From an uncultured Gammaproteobacteria bacterium (GTDB lineage: Bacteria > Patescibacteriota > Patescibacteriia > Magasanikbacterales > GWA2-37-8): DNA of 64,000 bases. The stretch is from the NCBI GenBank assembly GCA_964596525.1, contig CAZQUL010000001.1:332830-396829 (forward strand), given 5' to 3'. Below are positions 18,236-25,886 of the stretch, piece by piece; position 1 is the first letter of the stretch, and the number at the start of each line of letters is the position of its first letter. Position numbers and translations under genes: made by a program. The notes under the pieces were generated by a model, which was given only the letters and a program-made list of their open reading frames with translations, was not told the DNA's origin and did not search any database.

Positions 18236-18793
18236 ATGAAGAGATTGATGTCCCTTATGATGTTGTCGGCCGGTTTGGCCGCGTGCACGGAAGCGAACCC
18301 TGTTTTCGGTGCCGACTGGACCGTTCGCTTGCAGGCGGACATGGGTGTAGGCGGCGAAGATTTGAAGCCGGTTTCCTGCCCGCCCATGCACGCTACCGGC
18401 TCGACGCCCGGCTTTCACCCGGATGCGGACCGTTGCAAGGATTCCTTCTGCTACCGCAGCGACAATTCGCCGGTTTCGTCGAAGTCGTGCGTGTGGGGGC
18501 TTGCGGATCCGGAGCATCCGATCGTGCTGGTGTATCAGGAATCCAATGAGAAGAAAGTGGGCAGCTGGCGCCTCATGCCGGGCAATGACATGCGCCTGAC
18601 GCAGTCGTCCAACACGTTCTACCAGTTCGGGGAGAACGTGACGGCCATCTATTCGCGTCTCGCCGAGAACGATGCGTACCTGCCCTGGTTCCGCGAGCGT
18701 ATCGACTTTGAGAAGCGGCAGGTCATTATGGAGTCTTGCCCGGGCACCAACGGCCTGTGCACTCCTTGGGCAAACGTGACCCCGCCGCAGTAA
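18236..18793 (+). CDS. hypothetical lipoprotein
   Basis: AGAGGAGG Shine-Dalgarno. Signal MKRLMSLMMLSAGLAAC. Terminator follows. Confidence 0.7.
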   Translation: MKRLMSLMMLSAGLAACTEANPVFGADWTVRLQADMGVGGEDLKPVSCPPMHATGSTPGFHPDADRCKDSFCYRSDNSPVSSKSCVWGLADPEHPIVLVYQESNEKKVGSWRLMPGNDMRLTQSSNTFYQFGENVTAIYSRLAENDAYLPWFRERIDFEKRQVIMESCPGTNGLCTPWANVTPPQ

Positions 18794-18819
18794 CAAGCCG
18801 TTTGAAGCGGTCCGATTCA

Positions 18820-18846
18820 GCCTGGTGTGAAAACGCCAGGCTTTTT
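18820..18846 (+). terminator. rho-independent terminator
   Basis: GCCTGGTG-tgaaaa-CGCCAGGC followed by TTTTT. Confidence 0.8.
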
Positions 18847-18955
18847 GAATAGAAAACGCTTCAATTTTCCTTAGCTAAGCCATTATTTTGTTTTATTGCA
18901 TATGTTAGCCAAGATTTAGGAGTCTTTTTGGGCTAATGTTAGCCCCGTTCTACCC

Positions 18956-18984
18956 TTGACAAGACCGTAAAAATATGGTATACT
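18956..18984 (+). promoter_or_regulatory. sigma70 promoter P1 (consensus -35, extended -10)
   Basis: TTGACA (18956-61), 17-nt spacer, TGgTATACT (18976-84). Confidence 0.65.
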
Positions 18985-18990
18985 ATGCTG

Positions 18991-19085
18991 TTGAGAATGA
19001 AGAACCGAAGCGAACCTTACAACAAACATCGGTATCCCATACTTCTTGAGCCGCCACCATACGAAACGGGCGGTTTAAAAAAGAG
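18991..19085 (+). ncRNA. candidate small RNA (P1 to intrinsic terminator)
   Basis: Predicted TSS about 18991. CCGCC-n13-GGCGG followed by TTTAAAAAA at about 19056-19085. No ORF with a Shine-Dalgarno in between. Confidence 0.25.
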
Positions 19086-19113
19086 TCCGCTAAGTATAGC
19101 GACCGAGATAATC

Positions 19114-19142
19114 TTGACAAGACTCAAAAAGTATGGTATACT
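19114..19142 (+). promoter_or_regulatory. sigma70 promoter P2 (near-identical copy of P1)
   Basis: CTTGACAAGAC...TGGTATACT with 17-nt spacer. Same core as P1. Confidence 0.6.
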
Positions 19143-19181
19143 GATTCGTTAAGCTAGAAACTGAGTTATCCCGAGATTAGC

Positions 19182-19210
19182 TTGACAAGTACACCAAAGT
19201 GTTCATTACA
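19182..19210 (+). promoter_or_regulatory. sigma70-like promoter P3 (weaker -10)
   Basis: CTTGACAAGT with TTGACA at 19182-87, 17-nt spacer, ATTACA. Followed by a long leader hairpin GGTTCGGTG...CACCGAACC and then the AAGGAG Shine-Dalgarno of the 19320 gene. Confidence 0.5.
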
Positions 19211-19319
19211 AGGTCGGTTCGGTGAAGGTGAAGAAGAAAAGCTTCTTACTCGCCTCCACCGAACCGAGATCGCGCTCTTATAAAGAGTGCGGTCATAACC
19301 AAGACCAAGGAGACCCTAG

Positions 19320-19649
19320 ATGATCAAGAACAAGAGCCTCGTCGCCACCCTCTTCGCCGCTGGCCTCTCGATCGCCCTCCAGTTCTCGCTCAAGACCAGC
19401 AACACGAATGGCGCGCCGAGCCTCACCTTCCAGACCGCCTCTGCCGAGAGCGAGCCCATGCCGGGCCCTGGCAACAAGCCCAAGGGTGCCGTGTGCAGCT
19501 CCTCCACGGAGTGCGCTGGAGTGTTGGTCTGCAAGGGCGGCGCTTGCGACGACCCGGAGGAGCCTTCGTACTGCAAGTACTCGGATGAGAGCTGCTTCCA
19601 CGACAACGAGTGCTGCAGCAGCGACTGCACGTCTGGTGTCTGCAAGTAG
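19320..19649 (+). CDS. small secreted cysteine-rich protein (109 aa, 10 Cys, knottin-like C-terminal domain)
   Basis: AAGGAG Shine-Dalgarno. Signal peptide LVATLFAAGLSIALQ. C-terminal CSSSTECAGVLVCKGGAC...CKYSDESCFHDNECCSSDCTSGVCK. Two hairpins follow at about 19665-19682 and 19697-19756. Confidence 0.7.
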   Translation: MIKNKSLVATLFAAGLSIALQFSLKTSNTNGAPSLTFQTASAESEPMPGPGNKPKGAVCSSSTECAGVLVCKGGACDDPEEPSYCKYSDESCFHDNECCSSDCTSGVCK

Positions 19650-19871
19650 CCTTCGTCCACCACGCCGGGTCTTCGGACCCGGCAGGAGTGAAGCTTCCAC
19701 GGCTCTCACTCTACTTCAGAACTCAAGAAATTGAGAATTGAAGTAGAGAGCCGTGGAACGCTCACAAGAAATCAGACGATGGAAAGAGATCTTTACGAAG
19801 ATCTCTCCACACTGACTGAGTTCTAGACATGCCTGGCACAAGCCGGGTTAACCAGAATCGAGGGAAAGCAC

Positions 19872-20141
19872 ATGATCATTAACAAGCTGCGCCTGCCGAC
19901 TTTCATCATCGCCATCGTCCTCTCGTTTTCTTCGGTAGCCTTCGCTGACGCGAGCGGCTCCGAGCAAGCGGAGGAAATGGGGAAGAAGGAAGTTGATGCG
20001 GCGCGCGATCAGGTGATCAAGGATCTGCAGGAGGGCGCCAAGAGCGGCGACTTCTCCAAGTACGCGAAGAGCTATAAGAAGCTCAAGGAAGAGCGCAAGA
20101 AGGCCGAAGAGGAAGAGAAGGAAAAAGAAGAGAAGAAGTAG
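19872..20141 (+). CDS. small secreted Lys/Glu-rich protein (89 aa)
   Basis: GAGGGAAAG Shine-Dalgarno. Signal peptide FIIAIVLSFSSVAFA. Charged KEERKKAEEEEKEKEEKK tail. Confidence 0.6.
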   Translation: MIINKLRLPTFIIAIVLSFSSVAFADASGSEQAEEMGKKEVDAARDQVIKDLQEGAKSGDFSKYAKSYKKLKEERKKAEEEEKEKEEKK

Positions 20142-20193
20142 TCCTCACCGCGCTCATCTGCATCCATCAACCGCACGACTCGAAGGAGTTCCT

Positions 20194-20484
20194 ATGAACA
20201 AGAACCTGGGCTCTGGCAACGTCTACCCGACCACCCCGACCACCGCCGACAAGAAGGGCATCCTCGCGATGCTCCTCGCGATCCTCGTGGTCGCGGTCCT
20301 CGGCATCCCCGAGCGCAAGCCGGCGGCGGCCAAGCCGATCGCGAAGCCCGCGGTAACGCAGATCGCGACGAGCGTCGCACGTGGAACGCCCTGCAAGACG
20401 GATCGTGACTGCGATCCGGAGGACATCTGCTACTATTCGCCGAAGAGCGGGATGAGCTACTGCGAGGAAGCGGTCACCGACTAG
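20194..20484 (+). CDS. small membrane-anchored/secreted protein with C-terminal Cys module (96 aa)
   Basis: AAGGAG Shine-Dalgarno. Hydrophobic segment ILAMLLAILVVAVLGIP. C-terminal GTPCKTDRDCDPEDICYYSPKSGMSYCEE. Confidence 0.6.
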   Translation: MNKNLGSGNVYPTTPTTADKKGILAMLLAILVVAVLGIPERKPAAAKPIAKPAVTQIATSVARGTPCKTDRDCDPEDICYYSPKSGMSYCEEAVTD

Positions 20485-20687
20485 GCACAACGCCTTGAAC
20501 CAGGAGAAGCCCCCCGGCTCTCCTCTGCTCAACTCTTTGAACCATCGAAGATTTGAGCAGAGAGCCAGAACTTCTCCTCAAACACTCTACGGAAACGTAG
20601 GGTGTTTTGTTTATCCTGTCATAACCTTGACAACAGTGTGCTGGTATGACAGAGTTTTTTCACTCGTTTACAACCTAGGAGGATGTC

Positions 20688-21128
20688 GTGAAATGCCCCC
20701 AAGTGATTCTGTTGCTTTTGCTGTGTGCTGCTCCAGTAGCAGCTGAGGAAGCTGAAGTTGCCTGCCCTGTCCAGCAGGGCATGCAGCCGCAACATGGTGA
20801 TCTATGTCGCATTACATATAACGAAATAAGCAGGCTGAGACGAGAGATAGAAGCGCTCTCGCGCAATAAAATTCCTTCCTTGAAGGAGGCTTGCAGAGAG
20901 ACCGTACGCGTGAATGATCCGCTTATCGCGCAAGTACTTTTGGACGCGGAGCGTCTTTATCGCCTGAAACAGTACAAGTACGCTGTCGCTGCCGAAGGCC
21001 GAGCACACGCGCTGCAGGAAGAGATTGCAACTGTTTGCGCATTGCTCAGTGGCGCAGAACATGTGCTAGTGTATTATCGCCAACAAAAAGAGAATCTGGA
21101 GCGCATGCGCGAGAGTTGCAACTGCTAG
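20688..21128 (+). CDS. secreted helical protein, 4 Cys (146 aa)
   Basis: GGAGG then GTG start. Signal VILLLLLCAAPVAAEE. Terminator hairpin GCCCGAC-gtat-GTCGGGC follows. Confidence 0.65.
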   Translation: MKCPQVILLLLLCAAPVAAEEAEVACPVQQGMQPQHGDLCRITYNEISRLRREIEALSRNKIPSLKEACRETVRVNDPLIAQVLLDAERLYRLKQYKYAVAAEGRAHALQEEIATVCALLSGAEHVLVYYRQQKENLERMRESCNC

Positions 21129-21209
21129 AATGCCCGACGTATGTCGGGCTTTACGTTTCTTGACGGTCCTCATGTCTGAGTTTAAGGTGGTAAACACCTG
21201 AGGTAGAAC

Positions 21210-21673
21210 ATGGTGAAAAGAAAACTGACTCGCATTTTGATGGTAGTGATTGCTGTCTTTTTTTCGCAGCACCGTCAGCGGCGGAGCAACCAGGGCAGGC
21301 TTTTCCAAAGGAATGTGCTGACCCGCAAAGCGATATTCATATAGTGGCGTGTGAGCTCGTGGTAGATCGGGCGGCGCGTGCTCGCGAGTTGGACTATAGC
21401 GAAACTGTCGAGTTGCCACGGCTCGCTGCTTGGACCTGGCAGCAGATCGAAAATAATAACCAGGACATTCAGGTGGCGGAAGTGTGGCGCGATTATTTTC
21501 AGGCAGCGGGTGATAAGGAGCGCGCGAATGATTGTGCTCAGGCTGCTGATCACGCACGATACGAGAACAAATTCCTTCTGGCTGATCTCGACCGTGCGCG
21601 ACGTAATCTAGCCGATCGGAAAGCGTACCTGAAAGAAGATTATTTGATGGCCCGTGTCTGCCGTTGTCCCTAA
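21210..21673 (+). pseudogene. frameshifted paralogue of the 20688 gene (signal peptide in frame 0, mature part in frame 2; shift at T7 tract 21258-21264)
   Basis: GAGGT Shine-Dalgarno then ATG 21210 gives MVKRKLTRILMVVIAVFF and stops at 21344. The other frame continues LFFAAPSAAEQ...RVCRCP, paralleling LCAAPVAAEE...ESCNC of the upstream gene. One extra T would restore a single roughly 155-aa ORF. Confidence 0.55.
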
Positions 21674-21764
21674 ATCACAGGCTCCGTATGCGGAGCCTTT
21701 TACTATTGTCCGCTTTCGTGTGGCGTGTATACTACCCGTATAATTTATTTTTTAATCGTAGCAT

Positions 21765-22136
21765 ATGATCGACCATATTTCGCTCTACGTGGAAGATTAT
21801 GCCCGGGCCAAGGAATTTTTTACGCAAGCACTTGCTCCACTGCGGTACGCGCTTGTGATGGAATTCCCGAATGTTGGCGGTTTTGGCGTGGATGGCAAGC
21901 CGGATTTGTGGGTGATCGCCAAAGGCAAGGAAGCGAAGTTTACGACACACATTTGTTTCCGCGCTGAGAACCGCGAGCAGGTGGACGCGTTTTATGAGGC
22001 GGCTATCAAAGCTGGTGCGACGGATAATGGTAAGCCAGGACTCCGTCCGGAATATCATGAGAATTATTACGGCGCGTTTGTTATCGACAAAGATGGGAAT
22101 AATATCGAAGCCGCGTGTCATGATGCGGTTAAATAA
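21765..22136 (+). CDS. glyoxalase/bleomycin-resistance/VOC family protein
   Basis: 123 aa, MIDHISLYVEDYARAKEFF...HICFRAENREQVDAFYEAAIKAGA. Typical VOC beta-alpha-beta-beta-beta fold signature. Confidence 0.8.
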   Translation: MIDHISLYVEDYARAKEFFTQALAPLRYALVMEFPNVGGFGVDGKPDLWVIAKGKEAKFTTHICFRAENREQVDAFYEAAIKAGATDNGKPGLRPEYHENYYGAFVIDKDGNNIEAACHDAVK

Positions 22137-22333
22137 AGTTCATCAGTAAAACCAAAAAACTACCCTTAAACCGGTAGTTTTTTGGCGTTCAAGAGCGGAA
22201 ATATTTGTTCCTTCATAGGCTTGACAAAACGGAGAAAATAAAGTATACATATACGTCGATTCGATTCATGTAAGAGCTCGGATTGTATAGTTCCGAGTTG
22301 TTTCTGGACAGAAATCCTGAAGGAGGCGCGCTC

Positions 22334-22942
22334 ATGAAGACTGTATTGTACGCCCTGTTTCTCTCGACACTCGTTACTGCGACCGGCTGCGCGACCATGC
22401 CCAAGCCGATGGTTGCGCCGTCAACCGTTGGTACGTGCGGAGATCTGCCGCAGGAAGAGTACGATCTTTTCCGGTCCGTGCACCGTATGGCAGAGAATCT
22501 GGCGGCGCGTATCGAAGCGACCGGCTGGAAACCCAGGAGTCCGTCTTTCGATAATGACAACATCATGTTTACCCACATGGCTCAGCAGGGAGTTCTTTTG
22601 ATGTCGTACTGCGGCATCATGCAGCGCATCATCACGCCCTGGGGCGAGTGGGAATTGGGTGTCGCGCTTTCCTTGGATACCAGCACAGCGTCGCCCGCGG
22701 CTTGGGACCTGATTATGCCGACGAATGCGATCTACCAAGAGATCGGCAAACATCGTCCTTCGGACGTGGGCCACTGCGACAAGCTCATCAAGTATGAGAT
22801 CGCTTCGGTTGAGGGGCATGCCATCGCACCGTTCAAGCTCCGTACTACGCCCGTATCGATCCCGGAAGAGGTAGAGGGTGAGCGTCGGTGGAAAATGTTG
22901 CATGCTTGCTATCACCGCGACGAAGCTTCGCCCACCCGCTAG
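22334..22942 (+). CDS. hypothetical lipoprotein
   Basis: GGAGG Shine-Dalgarno. MKTVLYALFLSTLVTATGCAT lipoprotein signal. The track ORF from 22283 has no Shine-Dalgarno. Confidence 0.65.
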   Translation: MKTVLYALFLSTLVTATGCATMPKPMVAPSTVGTCGDLPQEEYDLFRSVHRMAENLAARIEATGWKPRSPSFDNDNIMFTHMAQQGVLLMSYCGIMQRIITPWGEWELGVALSLDTSTASPAAWDLIMPTNAIYQEIGKHRPSDVGHCDKLIKYEIASVEGHAIAPFKLRTTPVSIPEEVEGERRWKMLHACYHRDEASPTR

Positions 22943-23068
22943 TCCGAATCGTCACTCGCTCTTTCATTTCGATCCCCTTTCTTCGTGTACTGCACGAATC
23001 TCTGCATGCGCCCTATTTAAAAACGCCCTACGTAAATCCGTACGGCGTCTTTGTTTTTATAAGATAAT

Positions 23069-23833
23069 TCAAGAAATTTTTCTGGCTACGATGGCCATGA
23101 AGAGAGGGATTTCGCTGCGCGCTCGGTCTTCGCTTTTGGCATGGGGGCCTTGGCTTTTTTTATCAGAACTCCATTCTTCGATACGCTCGATGGCGAGTCC
23201 GGCTGCGGCCAGAAACGTAGTGTAGGCCGAGAGAGGCTGGTGGAACGACCATGTACGTGCGGAATTTTTTTGGCCGGGGTGCGTAGTAATAGGTATAGAA
23301 AGGGGAGATGTATAGCTCGTTACCCAGCGGTACTGGCGTTTGTTGCCTGGCTCAACCCCCCAGCCGGAGTGGCGCGGAATGCGGAAGTACGGATGATTGA
23401 GCACGAGTACGGCACGGCCGTTTGCGGTAAGATGTTTCCCGATGAGCGCGATAGCCGGAGCCGGGTCTTCCATGTTTTGTAATGATAAAATCGCGGTCGC
23501 GTGCGTGAAGATTGGTTCGGGTAGTCGGACGGGTTTGGTGGCGTCGGCGACGAGGTAGATATGTTCGCGTTTCTGGTCGCGTTCGCGCGCTTCTTTAATA
23601 AGTTCGTTCGAGATATCGATACCGCAGTATTTTTGGTGTTTGGAAAGTTGGCGGCCCATGATGCCCTGGCCGCAGCCGACGTCGAGCAGACTGCTGTCGC
23701 GGCCAAGGTTAAGCAAGCGCAGGACGCCAGGAATAATGACGTGTTCGTGGTAGTAGTGGCCGCGCGCGCCGACCAGTTCGTTGTACCAGCGGCTCGAGTT
23801 TTCCCAGGAAGTGGTTTTCGGGTGGTTGTTCAT
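23069..23833 (-). CDS. class I SAM-dependent methyltransferase
   Basis: Motif I LLDVGCGQGIM, an acidic residue after beta-2, and motif post-I. About 250 aa. Confidence 0.8.
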   Translation of the reverse strand: MNNHPKTTSWENSSRWYNELVGARGHYYHEHVIIPGVLRLLNLGRDSSLLDVGCGQGIMGRQLSKHQKYCGIDISNELIKEARERDQKREHIYLVADATKPVRLPEPIFTHATAILSLQNMEDPAPAIALIGKHLTANGRAVLVLNHPYFRIPRHSGWGVEPGNKRQYRWVTSYTSPLSIPITTHPGQKNSARTWSFHQPLSAYTTFLAAAGLAIERIEEWSSDKKSQGPHAKSEDRARSEIPLFMAIVARKIS

Positions 23834-23938
23834 AGTGATAGTAGTGCAGATAATCTAGCATATGCGCTCTGCTCCGTCATCTGTCACTCTCAGTACGTGG
23901 CGCTTCTGCTTCTTGTTGACAAAGTGAGTTGTGATTAT

Positions 23939-23978
23939 TGAGGGAATGCTTCGCTTCGTACCTCAGCTCGCAATGACT
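23939..23978. repeat. MITE-like repeat, solo right-arm fragment
   Basis: GAGGGAATGCTTCGCTTCGTACCTCAGCTCGCAATGAC matches the right 40 bp of copy 1. Confidence 0.6.
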
Positions 23979-24045
23979 TGTATATTAAATTATTTTCCCC
24001 GATCAACGTAACATTTTTTGGCATCTTCTGCTACACTACTGAAGT

Positions 24046-25554
24046 ATGATACAAACTTCTTTTATAATGCGAATAGTACGTGCGTTCGGCGGAGCGTTGG
24101 TTATCGCTACCCTCGTGGGTGGTGCGATAAAAGCAGAAGCTGCACAAGAAATTCTTAAAATCAGCAATCCGGCCTACAAAGCCCAGTACGTAAGCCAGTC
24201 ACTGCCTGATCCGGTGCCGATGAAAACATTGGAGGAACGGGTTTTTAGCGTGCGTTTCAAAAATACCGGCACAGCAACGTGGCGGCCGAAAGGGGATGGG
24301 CGCGTCGTTATTTTTACGGTCAATCAGAAATATCGTACCAGCGCGTTTTACCACCCGTCGTGGATTTCTCCTGGGCAACCGGCGAGTGTGGTGAGTACCA
24401 CAGCACCCGGCGAAGTCGGTGTGGTGACGTTTAAGCTTAAGGCACCGGTAACGCCCGGCACGTACCGCGAATGGTTTAGTTTGGCGAGCGAAGAGTATAC
24501 CTGGGTGGGCAGCGGACGTTTTTATGTCGATATCGTCGTGACCGCTGCACCGAGTTCAACGAATGCTGCCGATGCCGTCGAGCCTATTGTAAATGATGAT
24601 GAAGAAATACGCCTCTCGGGCGACGCAACTTCTGCCTCAATACCGCTTGGTGCGGTTAGTACAAGTACCGTGGTAACGAGCCGTGCGCTCATTACGGAGC
24701 CTATTGTACGGGTCGGACTTCTTAAAACTACGAGTAGTGTAAACGTCGAGTTGCCGTTCGCTTTTAATGTGTATTCCGGTAGCGATTTTGCAACCGTGCT
24801 CGCACCTTCTACGCGGGGCACGCTCTCGTTTGAAAACGGAAAGCATTTTCTTTCTGTAGATGGTATGGTGGTAGCTGAGTCGCCGGTGTACCTGCGTCTT
24901 GTGCCGGTCTCGCCGACGGATTACTTTGTGCTGCCGGCTAATAAACGGAAAATATCGGGGCGACCGTTTGATTTTAATGCGTACCGTGGCGTTTTGGAAT
25001 ACCGTTTTTCGAGTATGTCATCGACGACGGTCGTCATTAACGAGCTGCCGCTCGATTGGTATGTGTCGGGCATTACTGAAGCGTCGAATGGGGCGCCCTA
25101 TGAATATCTTAAGGCGCTTTTGGTCGCGGCGCGTTCGTACGCGTACTTCCATCTCAACAGCACGCCGCCGCGCGAAAAACTTTTCGACGTCTACGCTTCT
25201 ACGGTCGATCAGCTCTATTTGGGATACCACGCTGAACTCTCCATGCCAAACGTTGCCCGTGCCGCGCGTGAAACCTACGGTCAGATGGTGACGTATCAAG
25301 GCAATCCGGTGGTTACTCCGTACTCGGCCCGCACCAACGGCATGACCCGCACTTGGAAAGAGGCCTGGGGCGGAACTAATAAACCCTGGCTCGTGCCGGT
25401 CGAGGCTGTTTATGACAAAGGCCGAACCCGTTATGGCCATGGCGTTGGCATGAGCAACAACGACGCCGAAAAGCGCGCCCGCTACGATGCGTGGGATTAC
25501 GTGACTATTTTGAAGCACTATTACTCGGGAACAGAAGTGGAGAAGGTGTATTAG
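24046..25554 (+). CDS. SpoIID/LytB-domain protein with N-terminal Ig-like/NBR1-like domain
   Basis: N-terminal TM anchor. C-terminal EYLKALLVAARSYAYFH...GHGVGMS...ILKHYYSGTEV matches the SpoIID/LytB amidase-enhancer domain. Confidence 0.8.
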   Translation: MIQTSFIMRIVRAFGGALVIATLVGGAIKAEAAQEILKISNPAYKAQYVSQSLPDPVPMKTLEERVFSVRFKNTGTATWRPKGDGRVVIFTVNQKYRTSAFYHPSWISPGQPASVVSTTAPGEVGVVTFKLKAPVTPGTYREWFSLASEEYTWVGSGRFYVDIVVTAAPSSTNAADAVEPIVNDDEEIRLSGDATSASIPLGAVSTSTVVTSRALITEPIVRVGLLKTTSSVNVELPFAFNVYSGSDFATVLAPSTRGTLSFENGKHFLSVDGMVVAESPVYLRLVPVSPTDYFVLPANKRKISGRPFDFNAYRGVLEYRFSSMSSTTVVINELPLDWYVSGITEASNGAPYEYLKALLVAARSYAYFHLNSTPPREKLFDVYASTVDQLYLGYHAELSMPNVARAARETYGQMVTYQGNPVVTPYSARTNGMTRTWKEAWGGTNKPWLVPVEAVYDKGRTRYGHGVGMSNNDAEKRARYDAWDYVTILKHYYSGTEVEKVY

Positions 25555-25632
25555 GGAAAGAGGTGGGATTGACAGGCAAAATCCTCTTTGGTAGGCTGTG
25601 AATACTCGCAAAATAAGATGCGAGTGTCCCGA

Positions 25633-25706
25633 GGGCCAATAGCTCAGCTGGCTAGAGCGCTTCCATGGCATGGAAGAGGTCCGGGGTTCAAATCCCCGTT
25701 GGTCCA
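25633..25706 (+). tRNA. tRNA-Ala (anticodon GGC)
   Basis: Manual fold with the Ala identity pair G3:U70. Anticodon loop ATGGCAT. T-arm CGGGG-TTCAAAT-CCCCG. Confidence 0.9.
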
Positions 25707-25719
25707 CAAAATCAAAAAA

Positions 25720-25739
25720 CAGCCGCGCGGCTGTTTTTT
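25720..25739 (+). terminator. rho-independent terminator after tRNA-Ala
   Basis: CAGCCGC/GCGGCTG palindrome followed by TTTTTTG. Confidence 0.75.
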
Positions 25740-25886
25740 GATTTCCATAAGAAAATTCGGAAAGTGTGGTTTTATCTTGACCATTTCCGCGGTCTCTGTT
25801 ACATTTCGCTGTTCCGTGAGGTGCGCTGCAACTGGCTACGGATGTTCGTTGACCTGCTCCTTGAAGGGCAGAAGGAGAGAGAAAAA

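Noticed and set aside
25665-25886. 5' extension of the ftsH-1 track ORF back over tRNA-Ala
   Set aside because: The extension covers a tRNA gene and its terminator. The true start is ATG 25887 with an AAGGAG Shine-Dalgarno.
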